Shown here piece after piece: positions 34,798 to 58,300 of a stretch of 64,000 nucleotides of DNA. The stretch's first letter is position 1. The number at the start of each line of letters is the position of its first letter. The DNA comes from Lingula anatina (taxonomy: Eukaryota > Animalia > Brachiopoda). The notes beneath the pieces were generated by a model, which was not told where the DNA came from, did no database searches, and saw only the letters and a program-made list of their open reading frames with translations. The stretch is taken from the NCBI GenBank assembly GCA_051362555.1, contig CM120645.1, positions 4,526,001 to 4,590,000 on the forward strand. Reading direction: 5' to 3'. Made by a program: the position numbers and the translations under genes.

Positions 34798-35968
34798 AGC
34801 CAATGTATACCTACTTGCCATTAAGAGCTTCTGTAGTAAATTAGATATTCTTGGATGTTAGAGTCTTTCTCAAATTAGCTAGTGCAACTGCCTTAACTAC
34901 ATATTAACATGAAATATTTTCAAATTCCATTACCATATGCTGCATCTGTACCAAGCATTATTGTTTATAAATCTCACAATGACTATATCTTGATAAAATG
35001 GACTTCACTATCATTGATTACCTTGGTCAATCCTATATCAATTAGCTCTTGTCCCATTCAATATTTGTACTTACCTGTGCAGCAAAATTACTTTGGAATT
35101 TATATGTCTGGTGCTTTTTAATAAATTTTTCCGCTGCCTCTTTGCTGCTTTTAGTTGCACCAACTACTAATCCAAAAATAAAAGCGACCAATGCATTTTT
35201 TGCCAGATGCATTGTCATGGGATTGTCCTCGCTTATGACTTCCCTATAAAGCAAGACAATTTTATTTCCTTTATATTGTTTAATACATTGCATCAATTTT
35301 CTTTTGATAAACTGACTTACATGCAACATATCAATCTTTATGATTTCAATATATTATATTTTGCTTTATATTATTAATAGCACCAGGTGATACCAAGTTG
35401 ACCCTCAAGTACAAGCATACATGTACTTTCTGTTTCAATATACTTACTTTTCAGTATAGTAAAATTTAACTCTGTCCCACCCAGTTTCCTGTGCCATATA
35501 TGCATCAACATCTTCTTCACGCACTGCATACTTGCTATCAGGCTTGGTTTCTGTAGCAACATCCTGACTGACAACACCAGATGAGATAGCCTTGGAAACA
35601 GTCTCTGTGGAGTTCACTGCTGAGGTACTGGTATTTGTTTCAGTCGTTTTAACATCATTTTTACCTTGGGCATATGCAACAGGAAAAAAGTTCAAATTTC
35701 TTGCAACATGTTGGAATCTTATTTTCTTGAATAACTGTGCTGGATTCCATCTGATGTATTCACTTGTGCCATTTATCAGGTTAACTGGAGTTCTATTAAA
35801 ATGTCCCATGCAGTTTTTGTATGTATGAAACATGTTCTGGAACTTTGCATACGAAAATACTTGTACATGTTTTCTCAAGTGTAGTTTGATATCCAAATCC
35901 ATCCTATAATATTTATTTCTGTCTGGAAGTTGAAATGCAGTGGATGTTTTCCCTTCAGGACAAGGCAT
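31578..35968 (-). CDS. TIMMDC1: Complex I assembly factor TIMMDC1 (Tim17/22/23 family), up to ~347 aa; exons 35968-35448, 35243-35075, 34649-34561, 33376-33309, 32316-32238, 32065-31979, 31608-31578
   Basis: ETGWDRV motif, then AFIFGLVVG...FQSNFAAQ, SQSINIYFN..HYTLSAGMTGGL..GPVAMAYGAVQGAVLG, which is the Tim17-family glycine pattern. All introns are GT-AG and the 1044 nt are in frame. The start codon is uncertain. Confidence 0.82.
32923..33103. mobile_element. MITE with ~50-bp TIRs (GGCCCCATTCAGAATAGGGGAC...), PIF/Harbinger-like termini
   Basis: Inverted repeat 32923-~32977 versus ~33047-33103. The TSD is not clean (TGT/TAT). Confidence 0.65.
33439..34080. mobile_element. 642-bp MITE with ~77-bp TIRs (CACCCTGAGCTTCAGAGC...) and perfect 8-bp TSD CCGTAGCA
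   Basis: TSD at 33431-33438 and 34081-34088. The TIRs differ at only about one position. Confidence 0.9.
34128..34370. mobile_element. Degenerate MITE with TAG...CTA termini (Academ-like)
   Basis: TAGTATGCAGAC...GTCTGAATGCTA termini, plus the internal inverted match CTAAGTGCAATC / GATTGCACTTAG. Confidence 0.45.
34733..34795. repeat. (AG)n microsatellite
   Basis: Read directly from the sequence. Confidence 0.95.
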
Positions 35969-36078
35969 TGTCTCTCCAAATGGTTATATCTTTAAGTTCA
36001 AAGAAAATCAAAATAATAAAACATATACTAGTATTACAATTTAGTCTAACAGGAATCATATATTTCATTACATTTTCT

Positions 36079-36268
36079 CACAATACAATACAATACAATA
36101 CAATACAATACAATACAATACAATACAATACAATATATATTGTGAGAAAATTAATTTAATGAAATAAAGGTTCCCTGCTGGACTATAATATAATATAATA
36201 TAATATAATATAATATAATATAATATAATATAATATAATATAATATAATATAATATAATATAATATAA
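36079..36268. repeat. (CAATA)n at ~36079-36135 and (TAATA)n at ~36184-36268 pentanucleotide microsatellites
   Basis: Read directly from the sequence. Confidence 0.95.
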
Positions 36269-36539
36269 TCCATGCATTAGCATTCGAATTTCCTATTGAC
36301 GATTTTGATATCTGTGCTGTGCTAACGCATGAAAGCAAAGCCAAAGGCTTCAAAATTAAAAGTGTCAATTTAAATACCAGTTTCTGAACCAGCAGCGGTG
36401 CAGGAGCTCTAAAATGTTTATCTTAACTCTCACGGTACTTTGTATGATAATGTATTTGTTTACCCTATCAAAACGACAGCTAGAATAGGACGTTTTCCAA
36501 ATAATCACATAATCAGAAAATTATTCTTTTTTCACTATG

Positions 36540-36880
36540 TGCAGATTACAAAATTCCACACTTCTTACTCTCACCTACTGGCTTCTGAATGGAGATTGGA
36601 AAGGACATTCGGCTCGCAAATTGACTTGTTCTCTGTAAAATATTAGAAAAGCTAAAAGGAAAAATACATGAATAGATGTTAGGAGAAATCAACTGTATAT
36701 TTCATATGCATTATGCTGTTGTATACATCTTCACATATGTTTTTATTGTTCTTACATAACTTATTTCAGTAACATATCTTGATTAAGAATTAATTTTGTA
36801 GGGGCGAGTGCTGGGAACTAATCGGAGAAACAGAGAATTGTGGGTATTTTGTGGTCATCGCCATCTTGGCGTCGCAAGGT
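36540..36880. promoter_or_regulatory. Bidirectional promoter and first non-coding exons of TIMMDC1 and RBM5/10
   Basis: Plus-strand donor AAG|GTAAAA at 36879 and minus-strand donor (CTCAC) near 36570. YY1-type CGCCATCTTGG at 36859-36869 and ZNF143-like TGCTGGGAA at 36809-36817. Confidence 0.6.
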
Positions 36881-37304
36881 AAAATTTGTTCCCTCGTAAT
36901 TTCTTCTCAATAATCTTAAATGTGGACTTTCATTTTTCGTGATCATATGTTTCTGTAAAATGTGAAGTCAAAGATATTAATTGACTGAATTTCTGCGAGA
37001 ATACGTTCATGTTTTATTGAGTATTTTGTCGTATTGAAATGAGTGCATTGTCGATTTAGTTGCAAATGTCTGTTCGCTTTGTCTCTTTAAAATATTACAA
37101 TGCTTTCAACACAGAGTGGCTTAGGCTCTACATACTAAGTTTTCACTTCTTATCGTGATTTGAGATTGGGAATTTAATTTAATGAGAAGTAAGCTCTAGT
37201 TTTGAGACATGATGCAAAACACGAGGCATTTTATTAAATATCTTAGTAATTTTTTTCATTCGGTATTTAAAAATAATTATCATTTCTTTCTGCAGATAAC
37301 AAAG

Positions 37305-48206
<10,902 letters not shown>

Positions 48207-49649
48207 TACTGGAAACAAACTTGACAGAATGATTTGATGTATGAAAATTTGTACATACTTAAGTATAATTTGAAAATTGAGTCAACATGGGAGTCTGTAT
48301 AGCCCTATACTCTGCATTTATGCAATAAGCAGAGAGGAAGATACTGTGCAATTTATAAGGGAGGAATCATGCAGCGGGTGTCTTTATGATCTGAAATATG
48401 GCATTCAGACAACCGAATCAATAGAATCTGTTGTTTTGACATTTAGCACTACCTGGTTATTTCTGTTGAAAAGAAGTTTTACAATCATCATTTTAGTGTG
48501 AACAAGTACAGTAAAGTATAAGATTTTAGGTTATGTCACTCCGAAAAAATAAAACGTATTGTGGGTTAGAGATTCTTTGCGTGATTGATAAAACATTTTG
48601 TCTGGTTTATGAATAAATTACAGCACCTGATAATAAACCTTGAATTATTTAAGTATGTGTGTTATCTTACTGTAGTTTTTTATTGAAAATATTTAACGTG
48701 TTAATCCATTTGGATCTCTTCTCACAGCGTTGCCTAAGATGAATGACTAAAATCTAATAGGGGTTTAGCTCATGGATTTCATCTCATCTTCTTCTGTACC
48801 TACTGTCAGTTCATATGATTAAGTGAGATCACATCCAGCGTTTAAAAATACATTTTTCTTTGTCTATGGGAAGTACCATGTCAATTTTTCAAACCTTTGG
48901 GATTTTTTTTTTTTTAATTTATTTATTTATGAAAATCAATGAAATAATTACTTGATCTATTAGTAATCTACAAAATATTTCTGTATATAGAGAGAGTATG
49001 TAATACTTAATTCTAATGTGTTAAAATCATTATCTTTCTAGATGTCCTATTTGAGGATCTTTTGGGTGGGGTATTTTATCAGTCACTGAAACTGTATCAT
49101 ATCTCCGGGGTTGAGGAAAGGTACTGGAGCCTAAATATCATCACGATTTTTGTAGTCATTAAAATATAAGTAATGCACAAATAAAATCACAAGTAATAAG
49201 ACCCATTTCCTTTCTCATGGATTGATACCATTATTTTCTACCAAAGTACAGAACATGTGATTGCAAAAGAAAACAGATTCCTAGGACCTAGTTGCAATTT
49301 TCTCTGGAGTAGGTGAAAAGAAATGTAAAACTGTACTGTGTCCTAAAGAAAGAAGCAGAAAAAACATGCATCCCTGATATTGACAATAAATTGGCAATAT
49401 AGGAAATGTGAAGGGCTCCAAGGTATGTATGATCAACGTTACACTGAGGACCAATGGCTCCATGAAAGACCACAATTATTGACATCAAAAAGTGACTGCA
49501 GTCTGAAAGGTACGTATATATTGACTTATTAAGGGGGGGGTCAGTTAATTTTATTCTGAATCTGTGTTTCTGTGAGTTTTGCAGTGATTTCCTTGTGTAT
49601 ACCTTCTCACATTTTGATTGACTGTGGATGCTTGGTAACAACAGTTACT

Positions 49650-50068
49650 CCCAGCGGGCAAATTATGTTGTTTTAACGTTGAAACAACGTTGAACCATAA
49701 TGTTGATAAGACGTTGGATAAATGTTGGATTTGAAAGTTGGATCAACGTCAGATAACAACATTGAATCAACCTCAGTTGTTAGACAACATTCTTGCATGA
49801 AAAGACATTAAAATGACCTGAAATGTTTTTATTTTTGGTACAAAACACGGGTACACAATTATAACGTACACTGTAAAAACATCCAAGTGCCTGCTTTGTC
49901 TGATTTTTTCAACGCATTTAGCTCCTAATAGTCCTAAGCATGTTTTTCACCTAAGCATGGTACACCCTTTTAGCCTGGATGTGTTTAGCAGTAGGACATG
50001 TTTGATGGCTAAATATATGTAGGGTATACATGTATGGCCTTTTAGTTAGGATTTCCAAGGTTAAGTTT

Positions 50069-50105
<37 letters not shown>

Positions 50106-50540
50106 AAGTCACAGTCACCTCAACCTATCTACAACAGGGTATCGAGGACTGTCAAATTTGTTTACTTCACTCCATTACATTTACAGCGACTTATTCATCC
50201 TAGTGTTAGCTGACCTTGCAAGGAAGTTTATTGGAGTGTATTTCTGAATAACAATTTAAGAAAATTCACTAGTTCGCTAAAGACGCAAAATAACTGTCAC
50301 TTTTACTTTAAAACACTTTTTTTTTTATTATTTTGATAAAGTTAGTTACAGTATTGATAAACAAAGTATCACGTTTTCAATAATTAATATTTTGAATTAC
50401 AATCCATGTCTTGCATCATGACGACCAAACAACAAAGTTGAGTCAATGACAAAAATACAACGTTGAGTCAAAGTCACATTATGACAGTGTTTTGACGTGG
50501 CTGGATCAACGTTGATTATTCTGCACAAACGTTGAATTCA
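49650..50540. mobile_element. Fragment of an EnSpm/CMC-like non-autonomous element with CAACGTTG subterminal repeats
   Basis: Starts CCCAGCGGGCA. Many AACGTTG palindromic motifs at 49675-49780 and 50435-50540. The right end was not found. Confidence 0.4.
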
Positions 50541-50824
50541 GGAGCAGTACGTGTTACTGTACTAGAGATAACGCATTCTTCTTACTTTGAAAATTTAAAA
50601 CTAAGATGATGTTTTAATCATATCTAAAAACAAAAAATACAGGTTTGCATATATTTTTTCACACAACAGTCCCATATCCCTTAATTACAAGATAGGCCTA
50701 CTTTTTTTCACTCAAACTTCTAAAATCGTGCTCGCATTTTAATGTTCATTTGCATAATCCTTTAAAACCAGGGGCAAGAGTGCATATTTTTCTACATGTA
50801 TATTCTTGTTTGATTTTAATAGAG

Positions 50825-53800
50825 TGTTGCATATTGTAATGTAATTAACATATCTCCCATAATGCATTGTTCTTTCTCTACCAGTTAGCCAGCATGGCTG
50901 GATGTGTTATGTAATAAATGAGTTATTAAAAAATGTTAACTTGAGTTACATAACAACAGAAAAACTACGACATGGTGTCAGAATCGGGATCTACATTGGA
51001 TGTAGCATAATTTGGAGATTGGATGACCCACAAACTACAAGATAAAAACGGATTTTGAATCACTAAAAAAAAAAAAAAAAAAAATGGAGCACATGTATGG
51101 GATACAGCCGCCTCACATGGACTGGGAATCCATGGACTTACCGCGTATGTTCAAACTTTTCAAGGAAAAGTGTGAATTGATATTTGAAGGACCTTTAGAT
51201 GCTGTAGCAGAGGAAAGACAAGTGAAATTTCTTCTCCTTTGGATCGGAGAAAAAGGCCGCGAAATTGTGAAAACTTTTAACATTGATGATCCAGACGTGT
51301 TGACCTCGTATTGGCAAAAGTTGGAGGAATACACGAAGCCCAAGAGTAACTTTCGAATTCAGAGATTTAAACTTAGAGCATGCAGACAAGAAGCAGGTAA
51401 GAGCATTGATTCTTTTGTCAGACGAATCAGACTCGTGGCAAATGAATGCAAATATACCGATGTTGATCAACACATAATCGACACTCTCATTTTTGGCACT
51501 AACTCGGAGCGAATTCAGGCGAAATTATTACAAAGAGAGGAAGATTTGACTCTAGATCAGGCTCTTGTTATTGCACGAACAGAGGAAGCAACTAAGAAAC
51601 AGATTGAGGATCTTCACAGTACAGCAGCAAAGGAAATTCATGCAATACGGCCAAGTGGAAACAGTCAAAGAGGGAGACCGCGTTACAGACAGCCACAACC
51701 TCGCACTCCTCGCCAGCAAACTCAATCAAAGGTACCAAACAAACAACGCTCACGACAGCCACTGCAAGAATGTGGTAAGTGTGGAACTGAACATGTTTTT
51801 CAACAGTGCCCAGCTAAAGGTACAATTTGTCTCAAATGTGGCAAGCCAGATCACTGGAAAAGGGTATGTAGAACAAAAACAGTAACTGCATCGACCCATA
51901 GTAAAACTGTGCATTCAGTAGCAAATGAAAGTGACAGTAGCAGTGTATACTTTGACTCTATATATGTAGATAGTATTCAGTCAAAACAGTCCCCAGTCAA
52001 GCCATTTGCTGACATTGAAGTTAAAGTTGGGAACACTACTTCAACATTACGTTGCAAAATAGACACTGGTGCTGAGGGAAATGTAATACCACTGTCTTCT
52101 TTCAAAAAACTTGCAATTAAGCAACCACTAAAGCCTACGAATGACACGATTATGGCATATGGTGGCAGTAAGTTACCAGTATGTGGAATAGCAACATTGA
52201 CATTCACAAATGACAAGGTCATGGTGACCTCAGACAGTTATATTGTGGACTGTGAAGGACCAGTTATACTAGGAATGGAAACCAGTCAGAAACTGGGACT
52301 TGTTACTCTGAACATAAATACAGTGACAAGACAGTCCATACTATCAGAGTATAAGGATATCTTTGAAGGTATCGGGAAATTGGACGGGGAATATCACATA
52401 AATATTGACCCCACTGTTTCTCCTGTTGTTCACCCACCACGGCGTGTACCTATTGCATTGCAGCCAGCACTCAAGGAGGAGTTGGACTCTCTCGTTGAGC
52501 AAGGGATCCTGTCACCAGTCACACAACCAACGAAATGGGTAAACTCATGTGTATGTGTTACCAAACCCAATGGAAAAATACGTCTCTGCCTGGATCCAAA
52601 AGACTTAAATACGGCAATTAGACGTCCACACCACTACACACCAACACTGGATGACATCCTACCTCAACTGAGTGGCGCGCGTTATTTCAGTATACTTGAC
52701 CTTCGGAGTGGGTATTGGAATATCACGTTAGATGAAGAAAGTTCTCTTCTGACTACCTTCAATACGCCCTTCGGAAGATTCAGATACAACAGACTACCCT
52801 TTGGCCTCTCGCTATCTCAAGACGTCTTCCAGGCCAAGATTGAAGAAGTATTCAAAGACATTCCAGGGTGTACCGGAATCGCCGACGACCTCATCATAGC
52901 AGGTTGGCAAGAAGACGGATCTGACCACGATGCGACTCTGCGCGTAGTATTAGATACAGCCAGAAGAAAGGGGATACGCTTTAATGAGGACAAGATGATT
53001 CTTAGAAAGGAGGAAATTCCATTCTTCGGTCATATTATAGGAAAAGATGGGCTAAAACCAGACCCAGCAAAGGTAGAAGCCATTAATGTAATGAATGAGC
53101 CGAGAAATGTATCCGAGCTTCAAACATTCCTTGGGATGACCAATTATCTAAGCAGATACATTCCCCATATGTCTCAACTTACAGCCAGTCTCAGAGACCT
53201 GTGCAAGAAGGATAGTGTTTTTCAGTGGAATGCTGAACACAGTATTGCATTCAATGAGATAAAAAGAGAAATAGCAAACGCAACCAACCTCCAATTCTAC
53301 GACAGTAGCAAGTCACTTACACTCCAAGTTGACGCTTCATCTTATGGATTAGGAGCTGCCTTAATCCAGGATAAAGGCCCAGTTGCATATGCTAGCAAAG
53401 CACTCACAGAAACAGAGTCACGTTACTCAAACATTGAACGCGAGATGTTAGCAGTAGTGTTTGGCCTTGAAAAGTTTCACCATTATGTCTATGGTAGACA
53501 TGTTAAAGTAGAGACTGACCATAAGCCTCTAGAAGCCATTTTCAAGAAGCACCTACACAACGCACCACCGCGTCTGACTCGCATGTTGCTGAGAACGCAG
53601 TGTTATGACACAGAGATTGTGTATGTCCCAGGCAAAAATATAGGACTAGCTGATGCCCTCTCTCGCATGAAACCTTGTGATGGTGACGACATCAAAGGAC
53701 TTGACATTACAGTACATGAATTACACTCGTACATGAACGCAAGTCCAACACGCATTGAGCAAATTCGCGAGGAAACTAGTAAGGAACCACAGCTAGCAGC

Positions 53801-54779
53801 TCTTCGTGAAATGATTTCTTTAGGATGGCCAGCTACACGCAGCGAGTGTCCAGAAATTCTTCACCCATACTGGAACTACCGTGATGAGTTAGGCATCGCA
53901 GATGTAATCATAATGAAGGGGAATAGGATGATTATTCCTACAGTACTTCGCCCTGACCTACTTAAACAGCTACATTATTCCCACCAGGGAGTGGAGAAAT
54001 GTAAGCTACGTGCAAAATCGTCTGTATACTGGCCTGGCATGAATAATGATATTGAGCACACAGTCGAACTGTGTCCACCTTGCCAGAAACACCAAGCTGC
54101 CAACAGTAAGGAACCCTTATTGCCAGCAGATGTACCTCCCCGCGCATGGCACACATTAGCAGCAGATTTGTTCTATTGGAGACAAACTGACTACTTATTA
54201 GTTGCTGACCAGTACAGCAAATATCCCTTAGTGAGGAAACTTACAAGTACATCATCAGGCAGTGTAATTGCACACTTAAAGAGCATATTCGAGGAGCATG
54301 GCATCCCTGAGATTCTTAAAACTGACAATGGACCTCAGTTTTCATCAGAAGGATTCAAAAACTTCGCAAACACTTGGGGATTTACGCACATTACATCCTC
54401 ACCTATGTATCCGCAGTCAAATGGATTCATAGAACGAATGGTACAGACTGTTAAAAGTCTATTTCAGAAAGCATGGGAACCGAATTCAGATCCCCACCTA
54501 TCCATGTTATGTCTTCGCACAACACCCATTGATCACAACCTACCAGCGCCTTGTGAGTTACTGAATAACCGGAAGTATAAAACAAATATTCCCGCTGGAC
54601 AGTCACAGTTGAACTCCGACTACAATGTAGCATTACAGAAGAGACAGAACGCGAGCAAAACGCACTATGATCAGCATGTCAAACCACTTGCACCTTTACA
54701 TGAAGGAGAATTTGTTCGCATGTATGACACTCAGAATAATACATGGCAACCTGCCAAGGTTAAAACTGTATCAGACCAA
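50825..54779 (+). mobile_element. Gypsy/Ty3 LTR retrotransposon (Mag-like), 3'-truncated; candidate 5' LTR ~50825-50972, PBS 50973-50990
   Basis: A TGTTG...CGACA segment containing AATAAA is followed by TGGTGTCAGAATCGGGAT, which is near-complementary to the tRNA-Leu 3' end. No PPT or 3' LTR was seen. The LTR start is uncertain. Confidence 0.85.
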
Positions 54780-54851
54780 GGAGTTATAACAGAAGGAGAT
54801 TACACGCGTGGGGGCAGAGCCCATATTACGGTCTCTCATTGGTCGGAATGA
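51084..54851 (+). CDS. Single-ORF Gag-Pol polyprotein, 1255 aa (Gag with two zinc knuckles, protease, RT, RNase H, integrase)
   Basis: CGKCGTEH....C and CLKCGKPDHWKRVC knuckles, protease IDTGA, RT RLPFGL and IADDLII, RNase H VDAS...YSNIEREMLA...TDHKPL, and integrase H..HQG...CPPC, TDNGPQF, PQSNGFIER. Domain order is Gypsy-type. Confidence 0.95.
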   Translation: MEHMYGIQPPHMDWESMDLPRMFKLFKEKCELIFEGPLDAVAEERQVKFLLLWIGEKGREIVKTFNIDDPDVLTSYWQKLEEYTKPKSNFRIQRFKLRACRQEAGKSIDSFVRRIRLVANECKYTDVDQHIIDTLIFGTNSERIQAKLLQREEDLTLDQALVIARTEEATKKQIEDLHSTAAKEIHAIRPSGNSQRGRPRYRQPQPRTPRQQTQSKVPNKQRSRQPLQECGKCGTEHVFQQCPAKGTICLKCGKPDHWKRVCRTKTVTASTHSKTVHSVANESDSSSVYFDSIYVDSIQSKQSPVKPFADIEVKVGNTTSTLRCKIDTGAEGNVIPLSSFKKLAIKQPLKPTNDTIMAYGGSKLPVCGIATLTFTNDKVMVTSDSYIVDCEGPVILGMETSQKLGLVTLNINTVTRQSILSEYKDIFEGIGKLDGEYHINIDPTVSPVVHPPRRVPIALQPALKEELDSLVEQGILSPVTQPTKWVNSCVCVTKPNGKIRLCLDPKDLNTAIRRPHHYTPTLDDILPQLSGARYFSILDLRSGYWNITLDEESSLLTTFNTPFGRFRYNRLPFGLSLSQDVFQAKIEEVFKDIPGCTGIADDLIIAGWQEDGSDHDATLRVVLDTARRKGIRFNEDKMILRKEEIPFFGHIIGKDGLKPDPAKVEAINVMNEPRNVSELQTFLGMTNYLSRYIPHMSQLTASLRDLCKKDSVFQWNAEHSIAFNEIKREIANATNLQFYDSSKSLTLQVDASSYGLGAALIQDKGPVAYASKALTETESRYSNIEREMLAVVFGLEKFHHYVYGRHVKVETDHKPLEAIFKKHLHNAPPRLTRMLLRTQCYDTEIVYVPGKNIGLADALSRMKPCDGDDIKGLDITVHELHSYMNASPTRIEQIREETSKEPQLAALREMISLGWPATRSECPEILHPYWNYRDELGIADVIIMKGNRMIIPTVLRPDLLKQLHYSHQGVEKCKLRAKSSVYWPGMNNDIEHTVELCPPCQKHQAANSKEPLLPADVPPRAWHTLAADLFYWRQTDYLLVADQYSKYPLVRKLTSTSSGSVIAHLKSIFEEHGIPEILKTDNGPQFSSEGFKNFANTWGFTHITSSPMYPQSNGFIERMVQTVKSLFQKAWEPNSDPHLSMLCLRTTPIDHNLPAPCELLNNRKYKTNIPAGQSQLNSDYNVALQKRQNASKTHYDQHVKPLAPLHEGEFVRMYDTQNNTWQPAKVKTVSDQGVITEGDYTRGGRAHITVSHWSE

Positions 54852-55368
54852 ATAGAACCCAGAGAACAATGGATGCCTATCTCTGTTACGCTTAATTGCT
54901 ACTCTCGTTTAAATCTCGTTTGTTAGTATTTGTGCCTTCGTCTGTTGATTTTTGAGGACAGAAACAGAAACAGAGTCCCAAGTTTCTAAAAAATGAGAGA
55001 AATACAGAATTTATATGATATTACGTTGGACAAGGTTTTCAAAAAACAGGTAAGTGCTTTTAAATGCATAACTACACGAAATATGAAGATAAATTGCAAC
55101 TTTTATGTCATAGGGTCTCACTGTGTAAGTGTCCAGCTACACGTTGATCTCGCGAGGTGGTGTGTGGAGAATAAATATTGCACGAAAAATATTTCCCACT
55201 CATAACAAGTGCCTATAAATATAGTATCAAATGAAGAAAGTTTGGTCTTTATACAGTTGCAATTGTTAAGTAATTTGTGGCAATAGCAAAGAATAAAACT
55301 TAGGTGCACTTTCAGTAGCCGAATAACAAGCAGATGCTTAAGCCGCCATCTTGTTAATATTTTGAAAA

Positions 55369-58300
55369 AACAAGGCAGCAAAGCTGTCAAATGTACAGAC
55401 AAAAAACAGGAAATAACTATGCACAAAATAGGCTACTGTCAATTCTGATGCAAAAGAACATTATGTTAAACTGCAAATTCAACATCAAATTTTAATTATC
55501 CTCAACAGGTAATACTAATGTAATTAATATACCTGACAAGTTTACACTTTGAAAATGTATAACTTGCAGAAAAAGAAGTCACTTAGACTGCTTTTCCAAC
55601 TCAGACTGCATTTTAGTCCTGTATTTCTTTTTTGAAAGTTTGGCAATCATAAGTAACATGGTTTTTCCATAATGGTCATCATGGCAGCAGCACCCAAAAT
55701 TGTGTTTTCTTCTATTCTGATGCCATATTACATAATGGTTAACAGCATAATGACCGTCAATTTTTAATAATAAAATATACGTATCATGGATTTTCAGAAA
55801 ATGTGACTAGCATGGGTCTTCAAGCCCGTGGAACTTCAAAGTCACACCTTGAAAATGCCAATATGTGAAAAATTTAATTTTCACAAAATAACTGTTTAAC
55901 TGGCAGTAAGAATTACCAAACAGACTGTATTTCCTACTGAAGTTGTATTTTAGTCCCATGTTTCTTTCCTGTAAGTTTAAGAACAGTAAATGACATGGTT
56001 TTTCTTAAATGGTCATCATGGGAGCAGTGCCCAAAATAGTTTTTTTTTTCAAATTTTGATGCAATATTACATAATGTTTAACAGCATAATGACCATCAAC
56101 TTTAATAATAAAATATTAGTATTATGGATATTCAGTAAATGTGACTAACAAAGGTCTTCAGGCCCATGGAACTTCAAAGTCACTACTTGAAAATGCCAAA
56201 ATGTGAAACAAGACAGCACTGTTCTGAAATGGGTTTTTTTTCCATTTTTAACAATTTAAAAAAACAAACAAAATTAACAGTTTACTGCCGTTTTTATATG
56301 ATCAACTAAGAAAATTGATGAGATGGGAAAAATATGAATAGAGCAGTGTTAAATGTTCAATTTCTTCCATTCTGAGATTCTGAACATAGTGAATGATTGA
56401 ATCTGACAAACTGCAATGATATGAGTTTATTTCCGTTTTTGACACTTTATTACACAATACACGTTAACAAGTTTACCATCATTTTTACATAATCAACTAA
56501 TAATGTTGCAAAGATGCAGGAAATGCCAAACAAACACTTTTACGTATCTTATTAGTTCAATAATGAAACTGTTTACATGCCTAAGAATTGAATCTGAGGA
56601 AATGTGAAAAAACTGCATTTCTTTAAAATAATGGCCCGATTATGCTGATTTTTGAACTCAACCTGCGTTTTAGCAGGAATGACCACTCCTGTAAGTTTAA
56701 TGACAATTGGCCTATCTGTTTTTCTTATATTGTGTTAACATTGTTGCATATATGCTGAAAAGTGAAAAAAAAAAGCATAACTACTAAAATAGTGGCCCGA
56801 TCCTGCCGATTTTCGAACTTGACCTGCGTTATAGTAAGATAGATTACTCCTGTGAGTTTCATGACAAAAAGCCTATCAGTTTTCCTTGAAATGTGTTTAC
56901 AGTGTTGCATATATGCTGAAAAGTAAAAAAACAGCATAACTTCTACAATAATGGCCCGATCATGCTGATTTTCGAACTTGACCTGCATTTTATGAATATT
57001 CAGCAGCTCTGTAAATATACAGCCAAAAAGTAAAACTTTCTTCCACTTATCGTGTTTACAATGAAAGTGCATGGCGCCGGCGACAGCGACAGTGATGGCA
57101 ACGACGGCGACGACAGACGCAGGTGATGGCAATATGTACAGACACATCTGTACATATTAACTGTACTGTTTGAGAACAGTAAGTGACATGGTTTTTCTTA
57201 AATGGTCATCATGGGAGCAGTGCCCAAAATAGGTTTTTTTCAAATTTTGATGCAATATTACATAATGTTTGACAGCATAATGACCATCAATTTTAATAAT
57301 AAAATATTAGTATTATGGATATTCAGAAAATGTGACTAGCAAAGGTCTTCAGGCCCATGGAACTTCAAAGTCACACCTTAAAAATGCCAAAATGTAAACA
57401 AGACTGCACTGTTCTGAAATGGGTTTATTTCCTGTTTTAACACTTTTTTAACATAAAACAAAATTAATAGGATACTGCCATTTTTTATATGATCAACTAA
57501 GAAAATTGATGAGATGTGAAAAATATCAATAGAACAGTGTAAAATGTCCAATTTCTTCCATTCTGAGATTCTGAACATACTGAATTATTGAATATGACAA
57601 ACTGCAATGATATGAGTTTATTTCCATTTTTGACACTTTATTACACAATACACGATAACAAGTTTACCATCATTTTTACATAATCAACTAACAAGGTTGT
57701 AAAGATGAAGGAAATGTCAAACACTTTTATGTATTTTATTAGTTCAATAATGAGAGTGTTAACATGCCTAAGAACTGAATCTGTAGAAATGTGAAACAAG
57801 ACAGCACTGTTCTGAAATGGGTTTTTTTTTCCCATTTTTAACAATTTTTTTACACAAAACAAAATTAACAGTTTACTGCCATTTTTATATGATCAACTAA
57901 GAAAATTGATGAGATGGGGAAAAATATCAATAGAATAGTGTAAAATGTCCAATTTCTTCCATTCTGAGATTCTGAACATACTGAATTATTGAATATGACA
58001 AACTGCAATGATATGAGTTTATTTCCATTTTTGATTCTTTATAACACAATACACGATAACAAGTTTACCATCATTTTTACATAATCAACTAACAATGTTG
58101 TAAAGATGCAGGAAATGTTAAACAAACACTTTTATGTATCTTATTAGTTAAATGATAAGACTGTTAACATGCCTAAGAACTGAATCTGAGGAAATGTGAA
58201 AAAACAGCATAACTTCTAAAATAATGGCCCGATTATGCTGATTTTCGAACTCAACCTGCGTTTTAGTACGATTGACCACTCCTGTGAGTTTAATGACAAT

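Noticed and set aside
36068-36368. ORFs with YYIIL/CIVLY repeats
   Set aside because: They are translations of pentanucleotide microsatellites.
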